Below are positions 57,202 through 64,000 of a stretch of 64,000 nucleotides of DNA, one piece after another (position 1 is the first letter of the stretch; each line of letters opens with the position of its first letter). Below the pieces are notes generated by a model. It saw only the letters and a list, made by a program, of their open reading frames with translations. It searched no databases and was not told the origin of the DNA. Origin of the DNA: Candidatus Saccharimonadota bacterium (GTDB taxonomy: Bacteria; Patescibacteriota; Saccharimonadia; Saccharimonadales; Saccharimonadaceae); contig JAFUCF010000012.1 in the NCBI GenBank assembly GCA_017459845.1, positions 4,120 through 68,119 on the forward strand. The letters are read 5' to 3'. A program made the position numbers and the translations under genes.

Positions 57202-57339
57202 TTAGGCGGTGAGGCGGGCGCGGCCTTTAATGCGGCGACGGGCTAAGACTTTGCGACCGTTTTTAGTACTGTTTCTCTTCATGAAGCCATGCTCAACTTT
57301 GCGCTGACGCTTGTGTGGCTGATATGTACGCTTTGGCAT
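57202..57339 (-). CDS. rpmH: 50S ribosomal protein L34 (missed by the ORF track)
   Basis: Manual translation: [45 protein letters not shown]; divergent from dnaA. Confidence 0.95.
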   Translation of the reverse strand: MPKRTYQPHKRQRKVEHGFMKRNSTKNGRKVLARRRIKGRARLTA

Positions 57340-57403
57340 AATTTTATATTCCTATGTTATAATATTTTATTATTTAACGAAATTTTGGTATATTATAGCA
57401 CAG

Positions 57404-57531
57404 TTTTCCACTAAATCCAAGGGGTTTTCCACATGATTATTAGGTTAAAGCTCCTTCTTGTGGAAAAGTCCCCCCTGTTACTCAAAATATTATTATACAA
57501 TAAAAATTTGGGTGGGGTGTCTTGTGGAAAA
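57404..57531. promoter_or_regulatory. DnaA-box cluster in the rpmH-dnaA intergenic region
   Basis: TTTTCCACT 57404, TTTTCCACA 57425, TGTGGAAAA 57459 and 57523; another TGTGGAAAA at 57606 lies within dnaA. Confidence 0.8.
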
Positions 57532-57595
57532 GTTTGAGTTTGTTTGCTATAATAGAAGCATTAGAAATCAATAAAGAAGGTAAAGGAGGACACCT

Positions 57596-58984
57596 GTGTT
57601 TGATGTGTGGAAAAATGTCTTAGCAGATATAGAACAGTCTGTACCCCATACTATTTATATCACCTTCTTTACCCCTACTAAGCTTATTTCTATTGAAAAC
57701 CAGGTAGTAAAAATTGGTACGCCAAATGTGTTTGTTGTAAGGCAACTCCGGGGCAAGTATAATAAAAATGTTATAGCAGCGCTACAGAAAAACGGTGTAG
57801 ACTTTAAGGAAGTAGAATATATAGTGGAGTCTTCCACAAAAATTAAAAAGAAAAGCTCTGGCCGCGAGGTTTTAGAAAAAGATGTAAAAACCGCTAGCTC
57901 TGTAGTAAAAAGCCTACCAAGCAAGCTACCGGAAAAGCACGCGAAAATACTCGGCACCGGGCTAAACCCAAATTATACTCTAGATTCGTTTGTGGTGGGC
58001 TCTAATAATGACCTAGCCGTATCTATCGCTAAGAATGTTATTAAAAACCCTGGCTCTAAATATAACCCCTTCTTCTTATACGGTGGTCCTGGGCTTGGAA
58101 AAACCCACTTGGTGCAGGCAATCGGGAATGAAATTATTAAGCTTCACCCAGAAATAAAGGTGCTTTATACTCCAACTAATCATTTCTTTTCTGAATTTAT
58201 TGAGTTGATTAAGAAGAATAGAGGCGATGAGTTTGCCCAGAAATATCGGAAACTCGACGTTTTAATTATTGATGATTTTCAGCAGATTATCAATAAGGAT
58301 AGAAGCCAGGAGGAATTCTTTAATATCTTTAATGATTTACATCAGGCTAATAAACAGATTATCGTTACCTCTGATAGGTTGCCAGAACAGATTGAGAAAT
58401 TAGACGTAAGGCTATCCTCTAGACTAACCTGGGGTTCTGGGGCGATTGATTTACAAATGCCAACCTTTGAAGATAAATGCGCAATTTTACGCTCGATGGC
58501 AGAGATTGGTGGATATGAGATTGAGGATGAAGCAATAGCCTATCTTGCAGAAAATGTTAAAACTAATATCCGTGATTTAGAAGGCCAACTACACAGATTA
58601 ATTGCAATTGCAGAACTTCGTAATAAAACACCGCTTGAAATTATCAATGATAGCTCCATAGGCGAGGTAGTAGTACTAAGCAGAGCTAAAGGTGGGGCTA
58701 TCCAGCCAAGGAAAATAGTTGAAAAGGTGGCTAAGGCTTATGGGTTAACCGTGGAAGAAATGACTAGCAAAAGCAGAGTCTCGCATATCAAGAACGCACG
58801 GCAAGTCGCAATGTATTTACTACAGGAGGAGGCAAATCTTTCTACTAATAAGATTGCTTCAGAGGTGGGTGTGAAAGACCACTCTACGGTGATGCATGGG
58901 ATTAGGAAGATTAAGAAGGATTTAAAACTAGATTTTGGCTTGAGAGAACAAATATCTTCTATTCGTGGGAGCCTATATGACTAA
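57596..58984 (+). CDS. dnaA: Chromosomal replication initiator DnaA
   Basis: GGPGLGKTHL, LIIDDFQ, SRLTWG, IRDLEG and KDHSTVMHG; GTG start after AAGGAGG. Confidence 0.97.
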   Translation: MFDVWKNVLADIEQSVPHTIYITFFTPTKLISIENQVVKIGTPNVFVVRQLRGKYNKNVIAALQKNGVDFKEVEYIVESSTKIKKKSSGREVLEKDVKTASSVVKSLPSKLPEKHAKILGTGLNPNYTLDSFVVGSNNDLAVSIAKNVIKNPGSKYNPFFLYGGPGLGKTHLVQAIGNEIIKLHPEIKVLYTPTNHFFSEFIELIKKNRGDEFAQKYRKLDVLIIDDFQQIINKDRSQEEFFNIFNDLHQANKQIIVTSDRLPEQIEKLDVRLSSRLTWGSGAIDLQMPTFEDKCAILRSMAEIGGYEIEDEAIAYLAENVKTNIRDLEGQLHRLIAIAELRNKTPLEIINDSSIGEVVVLSRAKGGAIQPRKIVEKVAKAYGLTVEEMTSKSRVSHIKNARQVAMYLLQEEANLSTNKIASEVGVKDHSTVMHGIRKIKKDLKLDFGLREQISSIRGSLYD

Positions 58985-58987
58985 TTT

Positions 58988-59225
58988 AGTGGAAAAATTG
59001 CGAAAAAATTCGTGGAAAAATAGGTGGGAAAGTAGTGGGAAAGTTTCCACTTTTTTGACAGAATATATGTTTTATGATGATAAGCTGTGGAATATGTTCG
59101 GTTTTTCACAGGGTTTTTGGCAGCTTTCCACAATATTTTCCACCGAACTTTTGTTCGGTTTTACAGAGGTTAGGGAGGTAGATTTCCACTTTTACACATA
59201 GCCTATTACTACTATTATTAAATAT
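58988..59225. other. Replication origin oriC: DnaA boxes plus DnaA-trio unwinding element
   Basis: About 11 NTTTCCACN-like boxes in both orientations; last boxes at 59182-59198, then GCC, TATTACTACTATTATTA (59204-59220) and an AT run; gene orientation switches from mostly minus to plus around here. Confidence 0.85.
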
Positions 59226-59242
59226 TTAAGAAAGGAAGAATT

Positions 59243-60349
59243 ATGGAAATTGAAGTAACACAAGAAAAATTATCAAAAGCTCTAGCCGTAGTAAGTAGAG
59301 TGGCAGCAAGTGCTAGAACTACTCTACCAATCCTTTCTAATGTTTTAATTAGGGCTGAAGGAAATAAGGTAAGCCTAACGGCTACTAATTTAGATATGGC
59401 CGTAGTAGAATATGTTCCAGTAATTTCGGCTAAGGATGGGGTAATAACTGTACCAGCTAGATTATTATCAGAGTTTGTTGGCAACTTACCAAAGGGAGAG
59501 AAAATCTCGATTAAGACCGATGGTATAAAAGTAAAGATATCGGCTGATAACTATCGTTCTACTATTAATGGTGTAGTGGCAGATGATTTTCCGGAATTGC
59601 CAGAGATTGATGAAAAAGAAGCAGTAAAATATGAGATAGGTGTAGATGAATTTAAAGTAAGACTATCTGAAGTAATTGTGGCAGTAAGTAATGATACGAC
59701 TAGACCAGCTCTTACAGGCGTGTATTTTAATACGGATGGAGGAAATTTATATGTTGCAGCGACAGATGGATATAGACTGGCAGAAAATAAGATAATATCT
59801 GGGGTATCCTCAGAGGTTAAGGCGATTGTACCAGCGAATTCCTTACAGGAGGTACTTCGTTCCCTTTCGGACGATATGGAAAAAATCGAAATTTTATTTG
59901 ACGAAGCTCAAGTAAGATTTAGAATGGGGGAAATCGAAATTACTTCAAAATTAATTGATGGAACTTTCCCAGATTACAGAGCTTTAATACCAAAAGAGAC
60001 AGAGATAGAGCTCGTTCTAGATAAAAGCGAATTGATTAGAATTACGAAAATGGCGGCAGTTTTCTCGCGAGAGGTAAATCAATCTATTGTTTGTGAGATA
60101 GATGCTGAAAAAAGTGTATTTATAGTGTCATCTATTTTGAATGAAGTTGGGGAAAACCGCTCGGAAATCAGTGTAAAAGCAGAAAAGAGTGGGAAGGTAA
60201 AAGTAGATTCAAGATATTTAATGACAGCATTCAACGCGCTAGAGGAGCCGATGGTGCGATTTGGGATGTCTGCTAAAATTGGACCAGTTTTAATACGAAA
60301 CGAAAAGAGTAATGACTATCGCCATCTAGTGATGCCACTTGATATATGA
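59243..60349 (+). CDS. dnaN: DNA polymerase III beta clamp
   Basis: LPILSNVLI, ATNLD, RPALTGV, VAATDGYRLA, LIDGTFPDYR and LVMPL. Confidence 0.97.
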   Translation: MEIEVTQEKLSKALAVVSRVAASARTTLPILSNVLIRAEGNKVSLTATNLDMAVVEYVPVISAKDGVITVPARLLSEFVGNLPKGEKISIKTDGIKVKISADNYRSTINGVVADDFPELPEIDEKEAVKYEIGVDEFKVRLSEVIVAVSNDTTRPALTGVYFNTDGGNLYVAATDGYRLAENKIISGVSSEVKAIVPANSLQEVLRSLSDDMEKIEILFDEAQVRFRMGEIEITSKLIDGTFPDYRALIPKETEIELVLDKSELIRITKMAAVFSREVNQSIVCEIDAEKSVFIVSSILNEVGENRSEISVKAEKSGKVKVDSRYLMTAFNALEEPMVRFGMSAKIGPVLIRNEKSNDYRHLVMPLDI

Positions 60350-61341
60350 TAATTAAAGATATTAAATTAAGTAATTTTCGTTGCCATAAAGAATATGGGC
60401 TAGATTTTGATACACACACTACGCAGATTTTAGGCGAAAATGGTTGGGGAAAGACATCTGTGCTCGAGGCGATATATCTGGCGGTGCAAGGTAAGAGCTT
60501 TAAGGCGGTAGATAGAGAAATCTTAAGGCGAGGTGCGGAATTTTATAGAGTAGAATTATCATTCTTAAATGGTGAAAAAACTACGGTAGTATATGATGAA
60601 GGGATAGCAAAAAAGTCTTTTTTAATTACAGATAAAAAATGGGCGAGATTACCTAAGAAAAACCGTTATCCAGTAGTATTATTTGAGCCGGCGGATTTAT
60701 CTTTAATTACTTCTAGTCCGACAAGGCGGCGGGATTATTTTGACCGTTTTTTGGCTCAGCTTTTTGACGAATATAACCATTCCCTATCGCAGTATAATAA
60801 GGCATTAAAGCAAAGGAATGAGCTATTAAAAAAAGAATATGTAAGACAAGAAAATTTATTCCCTTGGAATATTTTACTTGCTAGATACGGTGTAAAGATA
60901 CGAATGATGCGAGCTAGATTAGTGGCAAACCTGAACGATAGTCTAACTGGAGTATATCGCGGAATTGCGGAAAATCGAGATGAAGTGGCTTTAAAATATG
61001 ATTCTTATACGGGCGAGGCTTTAGAAAGTGAATATCTTAGATTACTTGAGATGGATTACAACCGAGACGTTTTGACTGGACATACAAACTTTGGTATACA
61101 TAAAGATGATTATATTTTTCTATTTAATGGAGTACCGGCGGATGGGACGGCATCACGGGGAGAGATGCGCTCGGTGATATTAGCTTTAAAATTTGTTGAG
61201 GCAGAAATGTTATTTGAGGATTTAAGGCGGCGACCACTAGTTTTATTAGATGATGTGTTTTCAGAGCTGGACGATACTAGGCAGAAGGCATTAGTGAAAA
61301 ATTTTCAAGAAAACCAAGTAATACTGACAAGTGTTAAATAA
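60346..61341 (+). CDS. recF: DNA repair protein RecF
   Basis: NFRCH, GENGWGKTS, RRDYFD, ASRGEMRS and LLDDVFSELD. Confidence 0.93.
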   Translation: MIIKDIKLSNFRCHKEYGLDFDTHTTQILGENGWGKTSVLEAIYLAVQGKSFKAVDREILRRGAEFYRVELSFLNGEKTTVVYDEGIAKKSFLITDKKWARLPKKNRYPVVLFEPADLSLITSSPTRRRDYFDRFLAQLFDEYNHSLSQYNKALKQRNELLKKEYVRQENLFPWNILLARYGVKIRMMRARLVANLNDSLTGVYRGIAENRDEVALKYDSYTGEALESEYLRLLEMDYNRDVLTGHTNFGIHKDDYIFLFNGVPADGTASRGEMRSVILALKFVEAEMLFEDLRRRPLVLLDDVFSELDDTRQKALVKNFQENQVILTSVK

Positions 61342-61367
61342 AAAACATTAGTGATATAATATAGGTA

Positions 61368-62648
61368 ATGAAAAAGGTTATATTTATTGCATTACTGGTC
61401 TGTATTGGAATACTACTACCTGGGCGTACTTTTGCTGATACTAATGAAGGCGAATGTAAGATTGTAAATGACTATGATAAGTTGGAAAAGACGGGGGAAA
61501 TTAGACGATATGCAGAGGATAATATTTTATATTACAGCCCATACTATAATAGTAAGAACGCGTGTGATAATAGCGAAGATTGGGAATTACCTGGTTTTGA
61601 AGGGAGTATAGATTGCTCGGCGGATGGGATAAAAAATTACGCCGGGGAGGATATTTTAACAAAAGCCTTTTTAAATGCGATTAAAGAAAATTACCCGTAT
61701 TATAAAAAATCGGCGGAAAAATATGGTATCCCCTGGCAAGCATTGGCGGCAATACATTACAGGGAGACTAGATTTGCAAGGACGGATAATTCCTACCAGG
61801 TAAGTGGTGGAGGAGGAGGTGATTTTGCTAGTCAGACAGATGAGGCGGCAAGTATTTTAAAGGCAAAAGGCTCTTTTGGTAGTGATGACGCGGCAAAAAG
61901 TGCTTTCTTTGGCTATAACGGTAGGGCGGCGGCATATAAAGAGCAGGCTAAAAGATTGGGGTTTTCTGATGCGGAAGCTAATAATGGCGAGGGCTCACCA
62001 TATGTGATGAATAAGTATGATGAGAAGAGAGATCCGAATAAGAATGGTTCGTCTTGGGGGCAAATTAAAAGAGATGGCGGGGGGTTATCATATCCAGCTA
62101 ATCAAGACTTTGGTGCCTTTGTGGTATATAAGGCGCTTCTAAGTTGTAACGTGGGGGATAATGGTGGGCTAATTGGCTCTTATGCGGAAGCAATTAACCA
62201 GTTTGCTATTAATTTAGCCTGGCCAGATAGGACGCATGATATTAACGATCCAAAGCCCGCTTATCGCGAAGCCTTACAACAGTATGGATATACGTCTAGT
62301 GGCGATATAAATGTTAGAAGGGGTTCTAGCTGTGGTGTTTTTGTGGCGTCTGTGCTAAGAAAGGCCGGTGCGATTAGTAGTATTAGCCTTGGTGCAGCAA
62401 ATCAGCGGGCCTACTTAGAGCGTTCGCCTGATTGGGTTGAAGTACCAGTTGGGAGCGCGCAACCGGGGGATGTAAGGACAATTAGTAGAATTTGTAGTGG
62501 GAAGCATTGTAATCATATAGAAATTGTAGTTTCGATAAATGGATCATTAAAGATAGCGTCGGCATCATATGGAGATAGAACTGCAGGGATAGGTAATTAT
62601 TATTCCCCATCGGCTGGCACTGATATGAGAGTATTCAGGAGAAAATGA
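61368..62648 (+). CDS. Secreted two-domain murein hydrolase: lysozyme/SLT-like plus NlpC/P60-CHAP-like
   Basis: Signal peptide; YGIPWQALAAIHYRET; C-terminal SSCGVFV...QPGDV...NHIEIV (Cys/His). Confidence 0.7.
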   Translation: MKKVIFIALLVCIGILLPGRTFADTNEGECKIVNDYDKLEKTGEIRRYAEDNILYYSPYYNSKNACDNSEDWELPGFEGSIDCSADGIKNYAGEDILTKAFLNAIKENYPYYKKSAEKYGIPWQALAAIHYRETRFARTDNSYQVSGGGGGDFASQTDEAASILKAKGSFGSDDAAKSAFFGYNGRAAAYKEQAKRLGFSDAEANNGEGSPYVMNKYDEKRDPNKNGSSWGQIKRDGGGLSYPANQDFGAFVVYKALLSCNVGDNGGLIGSYAEAINQFAINLAWPDRTHDINDPKPAYREALQQYGYTSSGDINVRRGSSCGVFVASVLRKAGAISSISLGAANQRAYLERSPDWVEVPVGSAQPGDVRTISRICSGKHCNHIEIVVSINGSLKIASASYGDRTAGIGNYYSPSAGTDMRVFRRK

Positions 62649-63091
62649 TGAAGAATAATAATAAATTTTGGTTGATTGGTGGAATAATAACATTTGTAAT
62701 ATTAATAGGGTTAATCGTGGTGGGTGTCATAGTGAAAATAAATGAAAATAGCGCCGTAAATCTTACGTCGGAAGAGCAGGAATCAATGTATCTTGGCGAT
62801 AAAGAAGCGGATAAAATGGCGGCTGAAGAATTAGCACGGTTCCCTATTTTGAGGTATATTCCTTTTGTTGTGGATGAGTACGGAGAAAAGATGACTAAAT
62901 ACACTCATTTTGAAATTCGCCCAGAAATTAATAATGAAAAAATGACAGTGCTTATAAAAGATTATACTGGCGGAAATGAGCAGACTGCAAGGGAGATAAT
63001 GGCAAGCTGGGATGTGGATCTAGGACAATATGAAATTAAATATACCGATTTATCATCTGAATATGGTTCAGTAAAAGTCCCAGACGATTAA
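62645..63091 (+). CDS. Membrane-anchored hypothetical protein
   Basis: Single N-terminal TM; ATGA overlap with the upstream gene. Confidence 0.7.
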   Translation: MMKNNNKFWLIGGIITFVILIGLIVVGVIVKINENSAVNLTSEEQESMYLGDKEADKMAAEELARFPILRYIPFVVDEYGEKMTKYTHFEIRPEINNEKMTVLIKDYTGGNEQTAREIMASWDVDLGQYEIKYTDLSSEYGSVKVPDD

Positions 63092-63999
63092 GGTTTTCGG
63101 TACCAGCGGACGGTAGTACCATTGCCAAAAGTAAGTGATTCGTGGCCAGCCATTGGGGCCCGAGCAGAGTTATCGCCATATGAAGCAGAGGCGATTTTTG
63201 AATTAAAGCCTGGTATATCACCAACGTAAATAAAGGTGTGGCCGGTAGTAAAAGCAACGTCTCCGGGTTGAAGAATGCTAGTATCTATGGTGCCATTAGG
63301 ATTTAGCATAGTCCAGCCATTGGCCTTTACCCATGCTTCTTGAGCGGCAGTATTACCTCTGGCAGAATTGTAATTTGGCGCGAAGCCAGATTCTTGCATT
63401 AAGGTAGTAACAAAACCGCCACAATCTATGCCAGCAGCGCCATTTACTGTGCCACCAACATATTTACCTTGGGCAATACGGTGGGCGATAGCTTCGGCAT
63501 AGGCGGATTTTCGTTCAATATATGGCGGCGAGTGGTATTCTGGCCAAGCGTATTTTAAGACAAGCGACTGTAATGCACCGGCATCGCCAGATGAGGTGAG
63601 GTTGGACGAATTAGTACAGAGCGGATCACCAGATGAGCTACTAGAAGGTTTAATGCCAGAGGAACCAGTTTTGCCGGCGTATTGATTATAAATAGCTTGA
63701 GCCTGAGTAAGCCGTTCTGGGTGGGCGGAAAGAGTGGGGTTTTTAGGGGCTTCTACGTGTTCTAAGAAATAGGCCGTTGCTTCCTCTACTGTGCTAGTAC
63801 TATAAAAACCAGAATATGCATTGCTAAGTTCATCACGTAGGTATTCTATTTCTATAGATATTAATTGGTCTGTGATAGAACTGCCAGCTTTTTCTAAAAA
63901 TACATTACCAGTTAGATGGCCATAAGTTTGATAATCATCTAGATAGGTTAAAAGATCTGGGGCGCGGTCTTTGATGAAACCATATAGGCGAATACGGCG
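63088..63999 (-). CDS. Phage-tail-lysozyme-like plus NlpC/P60 murein hydrolase (5' part outside the window)
   Basis: The frame stays open from 63999: ...QLISIEIEYLRDEL...STVEEATAYFLEHVEAP...RLTQAQAIYNQY, then GIDCGGFV...QPGDVAFTTGHTFIYVG; the ORF track shows only the last 103 aa. Confidence 0.75.
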   Translation of the reverse strand, partial: RRIRLYGFIKDRAPDLLTYLDDYQTYGHLTGNVFLEKAGSSITDQLISIEIEYLRDELSNAYSGFYSTSTVEEATAYFLEHVEAPKNPTLSAHPERLTQAQAIYNQYAGKTGSSGIKPSSSSSGDPLCTNSSNLTSSGDAGALQSLVLKYAWPEYHSPPYIERKSAYAEAIAHRIAQGKYVGGTVNGAAGIDCGGFVTTLMQESGFAPNYNSARGNTAAQEAWVKANGWTMLNPNGTIDTSILQPGDVAFTTGHTFIYVGDIPGFNSKIASASYGDNSARAPMAGHESLTFGNGTTVRWYRKP

Positions 64000-64000
64000 A

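Noticed and set aside
11127-63091. Overlapping or abutting convergent gene ends (e.g. 11127/11189, 23803/23915, 38162/38199, 63088/63091)
   Set aside because: This is expected in a streamlined genome, and there is no specific evidence of antisense regulation.
1-64000. UGA-to-Gly recoding (code 25, as in Gracilibacteria and Absconditabacteria)
   Set aside because: TGA acts as a stop in conserved genes (dnaN at 60349 and WbaP-like at 14022, both in ATGA overlaps), and conserved ORFs are full length under code 11.
1-64000. Prophage, IS element or integrase
   Set aside because: No recombinase, transposase or structural phage genes were recognised; the phage-tail-lysozyme-like domain at the right end sits in a cellular hydrolase context.

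Overview
This is a compact, gene-dense chromosomal window that contains the replication origin (rpmH-dnaA-oriC-dnaN-recF at about 57-61 kb). Gene content and style point to a host-associated, probably gut, Candidatus Saccharibacteria (Patescibacteria/TM7) genome; this taxonomy is an inference, and standard code 11 is used. From left to right it holds: a cysteine-less lipoamide-dehydrogenase-like flavoprotein; tRNA-fMet followed by about 90-bp tandem copies of its own 3' end; tRNA-Ile2(CAU); an accessory stretch (GT2, surface lipase, MscS, Bifidobacterium-like bile salt hydrolase); murC; a roughly 20-kb surface-glycan locus (WaaL-like, GT4, WbaP-like, galE, GtrA, LtaS-like, GT-C, Wzm/Wzt, several GT2); a ChW-repeat wall protein; SufS-like, LexA-N-only and LCP genes; jag-yidC-rnpA; then a 16.7-kb block separating rnpA from rpmH (heterodimeric ABC exporter, FISUMP protein, four type IV minor pilins, large secreted proteins); and finally the origin and two murein hydrolases. 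No integrase, transposase or CRISPR array was found. The most notable signal is a family of about 135-140-bp imperfect palindromes whose two copies (9078-9210 and 13870-14011) share motifs and show compensatory changes; one copy is read in frame inside a glycosyltransferase gene. Also notable are a third 171-bp rod hairpin, non-canonical TTTTCCACA DnaA boxes matched by a Pro-to-Asn change in DnaA, oriC-like motifs hidden in coding insertions, and pervasive TATAAT-N6/7-ATG leaderless promoters.
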